From positions 832,001 to 896,000 of the forward strand of contig CAVZRV010000007.1 of assembly GCA_963777605.1 (NCBI GenBank): a stretch of DNA of 64,000 nucleotides. The letters are read 5' to 3'. The stretch is from an uncultured Acidobacteriota bacterium. Its GTDB lineage: Bacteria; Acidobacteriota; UBA6911; RPQK01; JAPXNP01. Shown in pieces: positions 16,718-27,630 of the stretch. The position numbers and the translations under genes were made by a program. Below the pieces are notes generated by a model, which worked only from the letters and a program-made list of their open reading frames with translations, did no database searches and was not told the origin of the DNA. The stretch's first letter is position 1; each line of letters starts with the position of its first letter.

Positions 16718-18367
16718 TTAAATCTGGCCGGATGAGGCCGAAGCTTTCGCCTTGGGGTCATCGGGCAGCTTCCAGGTTTTCGGGGAGGTTGAAATTCTGA
16801 CGAGATAGAAATCTCCCGACTGCTCAACCAGCGCGGCGTCGGCAACCTGGGACAACTCCTCCCATCCATCTTTCTTGGTGAGCAACAGGTACGCAGTCTG
16901 GGGATGTTTCTTCGCATACTCCAACAACTCCGCCGGGCTCTGGACCGGCTCCCGGGTGGTCCTGAAGTCGGCGTAATAGCGGGCTGAGTGATGAAAGAAC
17001 CGGTAGAAAATGAGCGGTTCCGCCTGGCTGATCTCCCCCTTCGCAGTCTGAACGAGCGCATAGGTGGAATGGAATTCACCAATGATCGGGCTTCCCAGGC
17101 GAAAAAGCAGGGCAAGGGTCAGGGTGATGCCGGAGACCAGGACCAGAAACAGCGTTGCGGCCCGCCGCTTTCGAAACTCATGGTGCCCCCAGATCACCGA
17201 AGCGATCATCGGTATCGCGATCCACAGTCCCGTGAGTCCGGCACTGTAGCGCAGATCAAATCCAACGATCAGGACCAGCCCCAGGAGAAGGCTAAAAGCG
17301 CTCAGGGCCGACAACTGGATCTTCATGGTCCAGTAAATTGCGACCTCACCGCGGATGAACCGGTTCCACTGGATCGCCGCCAACGCCGCCAGCGGCGGAA
17401 TTACGGGAAGAATATATCCGGGCAGTTTACTGCCACCGGCAGAAAAGAAAACCAGCGGGACAAGAGCCCACAGCCAGAGAAAGAGCGAAAGGTTGATCCT
17501 GGGGATCGCGCAACTGTGGCGATGGCGCCAGACTTCGATCGCGGACGACGGCAGGAAGAACACCCACGGAAACGACCCGACCAACACAAACGGGAGATAG
17601 TACCAGAAAGGCTGGGCGTGGTGATGAAGATCGGTCGCATAGCGTGCCAGGTGATGGTTCACCCAGAACGTCCAGAAGAAGTTTTCACCGTTGCGCAGCC
17701 AGACCATTACGAACCAGGGAACCGCAACCACCAGCAGGACCGCAACGGCCAGAGCAATCTCCCGAATCCGCCAGGTGACGGAGTTCGTGATCAGAAAGAA
17801 GGCGAAAAAGACTGCGGCAAACAGAACGATTGCGACCGGCCCCTTGGCCAGGACCGCCAAACCCAGCAAAAGCCCCGTTCCGGCCGCCCAACCGAGTCCT
17901 CCGTTGAGAGACCACAGGTACCCAACCGCCATGGACCCGGTGAGGCCCACGGTCAGCGGCAGGTCAGTCGATCCCGCCCGGGCGAACCCGGCATACATCC
18001 CGGACGTAACCAGCGCGAGATAGGTCAGGAATCCAAGCCGTTCGTCTCCTGTCGCCCCCACCGCGAATGCGAGTCCCAACGCCCCCAGGACCGCCATCAG
18101 AGCGACCGGGAGCCGGGCAGTTAGTTCTGAGACACCGAACAGCCTGAAACTGACGGCCTCTCCCCAAAACAGCAGTGGCGTCTTTTCGAGCCAGGGTCGT
18201 CCTTCCAGTTGCGGGGTGACAAAGTCGCCCGATTCCGCCATTTCCTTCCCGATTTGAGCATACCGGGGCTCGTCGGACCCGAAGAAAGGAAGGCGTCCCA
18301 GTTGATAGAAGAATGCCAGGTACGTGACGAAGGCACAGAAGATGATGAATTGAACACGTAACTTCAC
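16718..18367 (-). CDS. ArnT/PMT (GT39/GT83-like) membrane glycosyltransferase
   Basis: Motifs DEPRYAQI..EM, EKTPL, LAKGP, HAQPFWYY and SKLPGYILP, with many TM helices. Confidence 0.88.
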   Translation of the reverse strand: MKLRVQFIIFCAFVTYLAFFYQLGRLPFFGSDEPRYAQIGKEMAESGDFVTPQLEGRPWLEKTPLLFWGEAVSFRLFGVSELTARLPVALMAVLGALGLAFAVGATGDERLGFLTYLALVTSGMYAGFARAGSTDLPLTVGLTGSMAVGYLWSLNGGLGWAAGTGLLLGLAVLAKGPVAIVLFAAVFFAFFLITNSVTWRIREIALAVAVLLVVAVPWFVMVWLRNGENFFWTFWVNHHLARYATDLHHHAQPFWYYLPFVLVGSFPWVFFLPSSAIEVWRHRHSCAIPRINLSLFLWLWALVPLVFFSAGGSKLPGYILPVIPPLAALAAIQWNRFIRGEVAIYWTMKIQLSALSAFSLLLGLVLIVGFDLRYSAGLTGLWIAIPMIASVIWGHHEFRKRRAATLFLVLVSGITLTLALLFRLGSPIIGEFHSTYALVQTAKGEISQAEPLIFYRFFHHSARYYADFRTTREPVQSPAELLEYAKKHPQTAYLLLTKKDGWEELSQVADAALVEQSGDFYLVRISTSPKTWKLPDDPKAKASASSGQI

Positions 18368-18425
18368 CGGCGCGTCCGTGACCCTAACTCACCGTTCCAA
18401 AGTCCTCAAGCGAGTCGCTGGGAAC

Positions 18426-18473
18426 AAAAAAAGGAGCAGGTGAATCCGTCCCTGGGACGCACCCACCTACTCC
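18426..18473 (-). terminator. Rho-independent terminator of groESL
   Basis: On the minus strand, a long stem GGAGTAGGTGGGTGCGTCC/GGACGGATTCACCTGCTCC is followed by T7. Confidence 0.85.
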
Positions 18474-18524
18474 CGAAAACCCTCATTCGGGCGGCGCTAT
18501 ACACCGCTCAGAATAACACAGGGC

Positions 18525-20156
<1,632 letters not shown>

Positions 20157-20180
20157 TCACCTCACTGGTAATAGTTGAGT

Positions 20181-20474
20181 TTACTTCTTGATAATGCCCA
20201 GGATTTCATCCTCGCGCATGATCAGGTACTCCTCGTCTTCCAGCTTCACTTCGCTGCCAGAGTACTTGCCGAACAGTACCCGATCACCGGCCTTTACGGA
20301 CGGCTTGACCGTGGTTCCGTTGTCGAGGACTTTTCCGTCTCCGACCGCTACGATTTCCCCTTCCTGGGGCTTTTCTTTTGCTGTGTCTGGAATAACAATC
20401 CCGCCGCGGACCTGTTCTTCGGTTTCTTCAATCCGCTTGACGAGCACTCGATCATGCAATGGTTTGATCTTCAT
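20181..20474 (-). CDS. groS: Co-chaperonin GroES
   Basis: [12 protein letters not shown]...[16 protein letters not shown]. Confidence 0.99.
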   Translation of the reverse strand: MKIKPLHDRVLVKRIEETEEQVRGGIVIPDTAKEKPQEGEIVAVGDGKVLDNGTTVKPSVKAGDRVLFGKYSGSEVKLEDEEYLIMREDEILGIIKK

Positions 20475-20549
20475 TTCCTCGTCTCCTTTCAAAGACTTCG
20501 ATAGAAATGACCGGAAGTAATTGTTGGTTCTGGGTTTAAGATAAGACTG

Positions 20550-20576
20550 TTAGCACTCTCGCCTAACGAGTGCCAG
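20550..20576. promoter_or_regulatory. CIRCE element (HrcA operator) upstream of groES
   Basis: TTAGCACTC-N9-GAGTGCCAG versus consensus TTAGCACTC-N9-GAGTGCTAA. Confidence 0.92.
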
Positions 20577-20603
20577 TCTACAACTCCTCCTGGTCGCTGT
20601 CAA
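20575..20603 (-). promoter_or_regulatory. sigma70 promoter of groESL
   Basis: Minus strand TTGACA-N17-TAGACT. The -10 box overlaps the CIRCE. Confidence 0.85.
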
Positions 20604-20723
20604 ACGGGCTTATAAGATCACGATTTCGTCTTGGCAAGGCTCCTTTTCATATTTTCTGCATTCGGCTACACTGGGGAACCTTAACCGCGCACCGATGACC
20701 CATAAATTCGGAGGAACCTGCCG

Positions 20724-21635
20724 ATGGAGAATAGAAAGTCAGTGCCCCTGAAAGAACTCGAACTCCCCGGGATTCCCAAAGTCAACAGCGGCAAGGTCCG
20801 CGAAATCTTCGACCTGGGAGACTACCTTCTCCTGGTCGCCTCCGATCGACTTTCTGCCTTTGACGTGATCCTTCCCGACCCTATCCCCCACAAGGGCACG
20901 GTCCTGACCCAAATGTCCAAATTCTGGTTCGATCGGATCGAAAAGGAAGGCATCGTCGAGCATCATCTGGTTAGTGTGAACGTGGAAGATTTTCCCGAGA
21001 GCCTGGCGCCCTACCGGGAACATCTCCGGGGACGGTCGACTCTCGCCGCGAAATGCCGACCCCTGCCCATCGAGTGCGTGGTTCGAGGCTATCTTGCCGG
21101 CTCAGGTTGGAAGGAGTACCGACAGTCGGGCAAGATCTGCGGAATTTCCCTTCCTGCGGGCCTGGTTGAGTCCGACGAACTCCCGGAACCTATTTTCACT
21201 CCCGCGACGAAGGCCGAATCCGGTCACGACGAGAACATTTCGTTTGAGCAGGCATCCGAAATAGTCGGCGAGAAGACGGCGACCAGTGTCCGTGATTACA
21301 GCCTCGCCATTTACAGCGCCGCCCGCGACTATGCCCGAACCCAGGGAATCATCATCTGCGATACCAAGTTCGAGTTCGGGATCAAGGACGGTCAACTGAT
21401 CCTGATCGACGAGGTGTTGACCCCCGACTCGTCGCGATTCTGGCCCGCGGACGCCTACTCTCCCGGGAAGTCCCAGTCATCTTTTGACAAGCAGTTCATT
21501 CGGGATTACCTGGAGACTCTGGACTGGGACAAGACGCCTCCGGGACCTCCATTGCCGGCAAGGATCATCGAGGCAACCTCGGAACGTTACCTCGAGGCCT
21601 ATCGGCGGTTGACTGGACACTCGCTGGAGATCTGA
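20724..21635 (+). CDS. purC: SAICAR synthetase
   Basis: Motifs SGKVREIF, SDRLSAFDV, ECVVRGYLAGSGW, DTKFEFG, DEVLTPDSSRFW and FDKQFIRD. Confidence 0.97.
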   Translation: MENRKSVPLKELELPGIPKVNSGKVREIFDLGDYLLLVASDRLSAFDVILPDPIPHKGTVLTQMSKFWFDRIEKEGIVEHHLVSVNVEDFPESLAPYREHLRGRSTLAAKCRPLPIECVVRGYLAGSGWKEYRQSGKICGISLPAGLVESDELPEPIFTPATKAESGHDENISFEQASEIVGEKTATSVRDYSLAIYSAARDYARTQGIIICDTKFEFGIKDGQLILIDEVLTPDSSRFWPADAYSPGKSQSSFDKQFIRDYLETLDWDKTPPGPPLPARIIEATSERYLEAYRRLTGHSLEI

Positions 21636-21677
21636 GGAATCCTGGAATTTTGACCCGTTTTATTTGATCGGGACCCT

Positions 21678-21947
21678 ATGACGACAACCAGCCTCCCCCA
21701 CCCTGAAACTCAGCCGACAATGAAGGAGTACCTGGAAGTGGTCGCCGACCGGGCCTTAAGCTGTGGCCTATTCTGGCCGGAGGTCGCCGGCGAATTCGAG
21801 AAACTCTTCATCATCGCCGCGCTCCGCAAGGCGAACGGTTGCGTCCAGGAGGCCGCTGAACGGATGGGCATCCATCGCAATACCTTGTCCAAGAAGATCA
21901 GGGAGCACGGGATCGACCGTTTCGAGCTGAAGGCCTGTTCCGGTTAG
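21678..21947 (+). CDS. Stand-alone Fis-type HTH protein
   Basis: ALRKANGCVQEAAERMGIHRNTLSKKI matches the Fis/HTH_8 pattern, 89 aa. Confidence 0.8.
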   Translation: MTTTSLPHPETQPTMKEYLEVVADRALSCGLFWPEVAGEFEKLFIIAALRKANGCVQEAAERMGIHRNTLSKKIREHGIDRFELKACSG

Positions 21948-21955
21948 TGTCCCGA

Positions 21956-24900
21956 CTAGAAGCGGGCCGAGACAACCTTGGAAATTCCAGGTTCTTCCAT
22001 CGTGATCCCATACATGGCGTCCGCCGCCTCCATCGTGCGCTTGTTGTGGGTCACGACGATGAACTGGGTTTCCTTACCCATTTCAGAAATCAGCCCATTG
22101 AACCGCTGAACGTTGGCATCGTCCAGGGGTGCGTCCACCTCGTCGAGCACGCAGAATCGACTGGGGCGGTACATGAAGATGCCAACAAGGAGCGCAAAGA
22201 CAGTAAGCGCTTTCTCACCCCCGGAAAGAAGCATCACATTCTGAAGCCGCTTTCCCGGCGGCTGGGCGTAGACGTCGATGCCTGCTTCCAGCACATCCTC
22301 GTCATCGAGCAGCGTCATCCCGCACTCGCCCCCGCCGAAAAGCTTCTGGAAAACGTCCTTGAAGTTTCGGTTGACGATTTCAAATGCTTCGCTGAACCGG
22401 GCCCGGCTCCGGCGGTTGATCTCCTGGATTGCGCTCACAGTGTCCCTGATCGACTTTTCGATGTCTCCCCGTTGCTGGGTGAGAAAGGTATGTCGCTCCA
22501 GGTTTTCCTGGTACTCCTGCAGCGCGGTCATGTTGATCGGCCCGAAGCTCTCGATGCGTCGCTTCAGTTCCTCGTAACCTTGCTTGACCTCTTCTTCGAC
22601 GACTTCTTCGACATCCACGTCTACGATCGCAGCGGCCAGTGAGAGACTAAGCTGATCACGGCACTGGTTCTCGAGATTCTGCAACTGCGTCTCAACGCGC
22701 GCCAACTCCACTTCGATCTTCGCGCGCTCTTCGCTCAGGGCATTGCATCGTTCCCTGATCTCCCCGAGCACCTGCTCCTGTTCCCGCAGGACGTCCCGAC
22801 AACTCCGGTACCGCTCCTGCAGTTCCTCCAGCTGAAGCTCAACCGCTCGACGGTCTTCTTTCAGGTGAACAACCGACTCATCCAGAGCCCAGATGGACGC
22901 TTCCAGTTCCTCGGTTCGCCGAAGATTTTCCGCTTCCCTCTTCCCGATCGCTTCGAGACGGTGTTCGGCATCCTTCTCCTGGGACTGAATCCGGGAAACA
23001 GTTCGACTGATCGAAACCCGGCGCTCTTCCAATACTCGCCGTTGCGAGAGGGCCGCATTGGCTTCATCCTGAAGCCGAAGGAGGAGATCGCGCATGTCGG
23101 CCTGAGCTTCCCGGCCCACCTGCAGTTCGGCACCGGCTTCGGCCTGAATCGTCTCCTGTGTCTTCAGCTGGATGGCCAGCCCTTCCAACCGGGCCTGCAC
23201 TTCGCGCAGATCGACTTCCAGTTGTTCCGTCTGCTGCCGGTTAGCGGCCAGCAGTCTCTCCTGTCGCCGGACTTCCTCTTCGGCCTGTTCCTGTTCGTGC
23301 ACCAGGCCGACCACTTCCATCTCCAACTGGTGGCGATGCGACTGCAGTTCTTCCCGCCGCGCCCGGGCATCTTTCAATTTCAGCTCCTTGGCCTCGCGCG
23401 CTTTCACAACTCGTGCCTTGGCCTTCTGCTGGGATTCGCATCGTTTCTCGAGTTCCCGGCGCTGACGCTTCAATCCCAACAGCCCGATCTTGGAAGGCCC
23501 GGCGGCAGAACTGGAGACCAGCCCCCGCGGAGTCAGGGACTCTCCGTTGAGCGTAATGAAGGTGCTCTCGGGGTAGCTGTGGGACAGCCCCATCGCCCGG
23601 TCCATGTCCGACACAACGATGGCATCGGCCTGCTTGGGCAGGACCCGGCGGAACGCATCTTCAATCTCGGGCCTCATCTTCAGAACACCGGCCAGGGTTC
23701 CGTAGACACCCTGGGTTCGGTCCGGAAGGTTCCGGGGTGCCAGCGGTTTCGCTCCCTTGCCAAACCCATTCGTACTGAAAATGCTCAGGAAGGTGCACTT
23801 TCCGGACTTGAGAGATCGCACCTCCGAAACTCCCCTGACCGCCTCGTCCAGCGAGTCCACAAGGATGTACTCGAGTTCTTCGTCGAGAAACTCTTCGACC
23901 AATGTCTCGAACTCAGCTTCGGTCTCGATCGAGTCGGACAGGGTCCCCGCGATCCCGATTGACTGAGACTTGGTGAGGTGGCTGAGAACGTTCCGGACAC
24001 CGTCGCTGTAATTGGACCGACTCAGTTCGAGTTCCTGCAGAGACTGCAGGCGTTCCTTGAGAGCCACCAACTGGTTGTTGACCTGGCCTTCCTCTTCCAC
24101 CAGCGCCTGCAACAGCTCCGCGAAGCTCCGCACCTGCTCCCGGCTCCCCTCAAGATCGATCTCAACTGCCGAGAGCTTTTCCTTCCGACCACACAGACTC
24201 TCCTGCTTTGCAGCCTCGCGCAGTCGAGCATCCTGTAACCGCTGCTCTCCCTGCCGCAGTTCATCAGCGAGTCGCGCCCGATCGGACTCGATCCTTCCCA
24301 CACTCTGCGAAAGCTGCTCTCCGAGGTTCCGCAAAGAAGCCGCCTCGGCGGTGGCGGCGATCAGCCGTGACCGCAACTCTTCCAACTTGCTTTCGGAGCT
24401 CTCGATTCGGGCACTGCAATCTCTAACTCGGGCCTGGGCCGCCTGTACCTGCTCTACGGAGGCCGACTCGTCCTCCCTGACCCTTGCCTCCTGCTCCAGG
24501 TAGCCACCGAGCTCCTCTCTCAGGCCGGCAAGTGCCTCATTGAGGGACTGCCGCTCGCCGGCAAGCGTCTGGAGGCTGGCTTTGAGCTGGTCGTGCTGTT
24601 GCCGCGAATAGCGGGCGGAGTTCTCGGCTCGATCCAGTTCGAGTTCGGTACTGGACCGACGTTCCCGCAACTCGTTCAGGCGACCTTCCAGAGCCTCCCG
24701 GGTTTGGTTCTTTTCGCGGAAGGCCGCTTCTTCTTCGCCGAGGCGATTCGACATCGAAGCCTCCGCCTGCCTGACTTCCTGGAGTTTCTGCGCCAGTCTT
24801 GCCAACTCCACCGTGAAACGGTCTGACTCAAACCTCAGCCGCAGCCGCTGAACGCGCCGGTACTCCTCCTTGAGCTTTTTGTAGACCTTCGCCTTGCTCG

Positions 24901-25546
24901 CCTGCCGCTTGAGCGACCGCAACTGCCGCTCAACCTCAACGATGATGTCGTTGACCCGGAGCAGGTTCTGTTGCGCCAGTTCGAGTTTGAGCTCGGCATT
25001 CTTCCGCTTCGCCTTGTAGCCCGTAATCCGGGCAGCTTCTTCGATTATGGAACGACGGTCCAGCGGCTTTGCCGTCAAAAAGGAATCAATTCGGCCCTGG
25101 GCGATCATGGCATAGCTGGCAAACCCCAGGCCGCCATGATCCAGAAACTCCTGGATGTCCATCAGGCGGCAACGCCGTTTGTTGAGGAGGTAGGTACTCT
25201 CTCCGGAGCGGTAAAGCTTTCGCGTAACCTCGAACTCCGTGCCGGTGATTTCGACGCCGTCCACGCAAATCGGCTCTTCACTTGTGCGCGTGAGCGACAG
25301 GGTAACCTCGGCGAGGCCTGAAGGCTTCCGCTTCCGGGTCCCCCCGAAAATGAAGTCTTCCATCTTCTGGCCTCTCAGGTTTTTCGCAGACTGGGATCCG
25401 AGCACCCACCCGAGAGCATCAGAGAGGTTTGACTTGCCGCAGCCGTTGGGACCGATAACTGCCGTGATCCCGTCTGAGAAGGCGAGCCTCGTCTTATCCG
25501 CAAATGATTTAAATCCAGCGAGTTCCAGTGATTTAAGCTTCAACAT
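21956..25546 (-). CDS. smc: Chromosome segregation protein SMC
   Basis: GFKSF, Walker A GPNGCGKSN, long coiled coils around a hinge, LSGGEK and LDEVDAPLD, 1196 aa. Confidence 0.97.
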   Translation of the reverse strand: MLKLKSLELAGFKSFADKTRLAFSDGITAVIGPNGCGKSNLSDALGWVLGSQSAKNLRGQKMEDFIFGGTRKRKPSGLAEVTLSLTRTSEEPICVDGVEITGTEFEVTRKLYRSGESTYLLNKRRCRLMDIQEFLDHGGLGFASYAMIAQGRIDSFLTAKPLDRRSIIEEAARITGYKAKRKNAELKLELAQQNLLRVNDIIVEVERQLRSLKRQASKAKVYKKLKEEYRRVQRLRLRFESDRFTVELARLAQKLQEVRQAEASMSNRLGEEEAAFREKNQTREALEGRLNELRERRSSTELELDRAENSARYSRQQHDQLKASLQTLAGERQSLNEALAGLREELGGYLEQEARVREDESASVEQVQAAQARVRDCSARIESSESKLEELRSRLIAATAEAASLRNLGEQLSQSVGRIESDRARLADELRQGEQRLQDARLREAAKQESLCGRKEKLSAVEIDLEGSREQVRSFAELLQALVEEEGQVNNQLVALKERLQSLQELELSRSNYSDGVRNVLSHLTKSQSIGIAGTLSDSIETEAEFETLVEEFLDEELEYILVDSLDEAVRGVSEVRSLKSGKCTFLSIFSTNGFGKGAKPLAPRNLPDRTQGVYGTLAGVLKMRPEIEDAFRRVLPKQADAIVVSDMDRAMGLSHSYPESTFITLNGESLTPRGLVSSSAAGPSKIGLLGLKRQRRELEKRCESQQKAKARVVKAREAKELKLKDARARREELQSHRHQLEMEVVGLVHEQEQAEEEVRRQERLLAANRQQTEQLEVDLREVQARLEGLAIQLKTQETIQAEAGAELQVGREAQADMRDLLLRLQDEANAALSQRRVLEERRVSISRTVSRIQSQEKDAEHRLEAIGKREAENLRRTEELEASIWALDESVVHLKEDRRAVELQLEELQERYRSCRDVLREQEQVLGEIRERCNALSEERAKIEVELARVETQLQNLENQCRDQLSLSLAAAIVDVDVEEVVEEEVKQGYEELKRRIESFGPINMTALQEYQENLERHTFLTQQRGDIEKSIRDTVSAIQEINRRSRARFSEAFEIVNRNFKDVFQKLFGGGECGMTLLDDEDVLEAGIDVYAQPPGKRLQNVMLLSGGEKALTVFALLVGIFMYRPSRFCVLDEVDAPLDDANVQRFNGLISEMGKETQFIVVTHNKRTMEAADAMYGITMEEPGISKVVSARF

Positions 25547-25626
25547 ATCAGATCGGACAGAGCCCCCTGTTACCTCGACTATGATGCCAGTCTACACTGA
25601 CAATGGGACCCGATCTCGCCTCCCGC

Positions 25627-25652
25627 GGAACCAGCGCGAGCCGGAAGCGTTT
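25627..25652 (+). promoter_or_regulatory. Candidate ECF-sigma promoter upstream of the S55 peptidase operon
   Basis: GGAACC-N16-GTTT, with the same -35 box and spacing as the motif upstream of the neighbouring ECF sigma gene. Confidence 0.4.
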
Positions 25653-25800
25653 GTGGACTTGAGTGTTCCGTCTCACTCAATGGATAGGTTAATTGCACTA
25701 TACTCATATGTGAAAAACTCATACACGAAAACGCCCAACCCCGGGATTCAGAACCAGGAGATCCTCTTCCGGCACACTGTTCCCGGGCATCGACGGGAGT

Positions 25801-27615
25801 GTGATGATTAAAAGAGCACTGCTAGTTTTGACGTTCTTCGTCGGAGTGAGCACATCCTCCCTTCCGGCTCAGTCAGTTGAGTTCATGCCTCTGTCCGCGG
25901 TGAAACCCGGACTCAAAGGAGTAGGGAAGACCGTGTTCCGTGGGACTACGGTCGAGGAATTCGACGTAGAGATCCTGGGTGTCCTCGACAAGGTCGGTCC
26001 TCAACAGAGCATCATCCTCGCCCGGCTGTCCGGACCCAAGGTGGATGAGTCGGGAGTCTTCGCCGGAATGAGCGGAAGCCCGGTCTATATTGATGGAAAG
26101 CTGGTCGGTGCCGTCGCTTATGCTTTTTCGTTCGCAACCGCCCCGATCGCCGGAATCACTCCGATTCAGGAGATGGTGGATGTTTTAAAAGAAAACGATC
26201 CCGGTTCGATGCACATGGTGCGGCAGTTCAGTCCCGCCGGGTTTTACCAGGCTATTTCCGCCCGGGGCTGGCCGAATACTTCGGACGGGACCTCGATCGA
26301 AGTGGCGGGATCCTTCCCGAATCTCCGGCAGTTCGGGCGGTTGATGCCGATTCAGACACCGATCAGCCTCTCCGGAATGACCTCCGATTCGCTGGATCCC
26401 TTCTCCAGGGCGTTCAACTCCCTGGGATGGATGCCGGTCTTTGGAGGCGCCGCCTCCTCCAATACCGATTGGGCCGACACCCCCCTCGGACCCGGTTCAA
26501 CCGTCGCGGTTCAACTGGTTCGAGGTGATATGGAGGTTGCCGCCAGCGGTACCGTCACCTACGTCGACGGTGAGAAGGTCTACGCATTCGGACATCCCTT
26601 CCTCTCGGCCGGAAACACGGCCATGCCGATGGCCAAGGCTGCAGTGCTGGGCGTTATCCCAAGCCTGATGAACAGCCAGAAAGTTTCCGCCACCATCAAG
26701 TCCGTGGGGATGATCAAGCAGGATCGAGCCACCGGGATCATGGGAATTACGGGCGAGGAACCGAAGCTGGTACCGGTCAAATTGAAAATGACGACCAGCC
26801 GGGGAGAGATCCGCGAGTTCTCCTACGAAGTTGTCAGTGACAACTTCCTGACCCCGTTCCTGGTCGCGATGACGGTTCAGAACAGCATCCTCTCGTCGGA
26901 ACGCTCCATTGGCGATCAGACCATCCAGATGAAATGCCGGATTTCACTCAAGGACCAGCCGGAGGTCACCTTCGAAAACAGTGCCTCCGACATGTCCGGC
27001 TCCTCCGCCCTCGCCGCCCTGGCGGCTGCGGCTCCAGTGAACTTCATCCTGTCCAGTGGGTTCGAGAACGTAGTCCTGCAGGAAATCAATGTGGACATCG
27101 TTGCCTCGGAAGACACTCGCGAGACCGTACTCGAGAAGGTCTGGCAGGACGAGGTGGAAGCCAAACCGGGTGAGGAGGTAGGGATTACTGTCTTCCTGCG
27201 CAAACCAAGTGGTGAGGTCACCGCCGAGCGCTACCCGGTCAAGATCCCCGAAGGCCTTCCGCCTGGACCACTCAAGGTGCTCATCGGTGACGGCACGTCG
27301 ATCACGCAGATGGACGCCAAAGCGGACGATGCACAGTTCATCCCGAAGGACCTCGGTCAATTGGTTCGCGCGATCAACAACCTGAAGAAGAACGACCGGC
27401 TGTACATCCGGTTGTTTCGAGAGCAGGAGGGAGCGGTCATCGGGGGAGAAGGCCTGCCCGGACTTCCCCCTTCGGTACTCGCGCAGTACAACTCGAAGAA
27501 GACAACGGGAGACGTCATCCCGATCCGCATGGTTGTATTTGCGGAACATGAGCTCCCGCCGACTGATTCCGTCGTTTCCGGTCAGAAAGTCATCCAATTC
27601 CAGATCGAAGGTTAG
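25801..27615 (+). CDS. Secreted SpoIVB-like (S55) serine peptidase
   Basis: Signal peptide, EEFDVEILG, GMSGSPVYIDGKLVGAV and GTVTYVDGEKVYAFGHP, followed by beta-rich C-terminal domains. Confidence 0.85.
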   Translation: MMIKRALLVLTFFVGVSTSSLPAQSVEFMPLSAVKPGLKGVGKTVFRGTTVEEFDVEILGVLDKVGPQQSIILARLSGPKVDESGVFAGMSGSPVYIDGKLVGAVAYAFSFATAPIAGITPIQEMVDVLKENDPGSMHMVRQFSPAGFYQAISARGWPNTSDGTSIEVAGSFPNLRQFGRLMPIQTPISLSGMTSDSLDPFSRAFNSLGWMPVFGGAASSNTDWADTPLGPGSTVAVQLVRGDMEVAASGTVTYVDGEKVYAFGHPFLSAGNTAMPMAKAAVLGVIPSLMNSQKVSATIKSVGMIKQDRATGIMGITGEEPKLVPVKLKMTTSRGEIREFSYEVVSDNFLTPFLVAMTVQNSILSSERSIGDQTIQMKCRISLKDQPEVTFENSASDMSGSSALAALAAAAPVNFILSSGFENVVLQEINVDIVASEDTRETVLEKVWQDEVEAKPGEEVGITVFLRKPSGEVTAERYPVKIPEGLPPGPLKVLIGDGTSITQMDAKADDAQFIPKDLGQLVRAINNLKKNDRLYIRLFREQEGAVIGGEGLPGLPPSVLAQYNSKKTTGDVIPIRMVVFAEHELPPTDSVVSGQKVIQFQIEG

Positions 27616-27630
27616 TCTGAGGTTATTCTG

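Noticed and set aside
21956-25546. SMC as a Wadjet/MksB or SbcC-type defence or repair ATPase
   Set aside because: Canonical SMC head motifs, hinge and length, with no jet/mks/sbcD partner genes adjacent.
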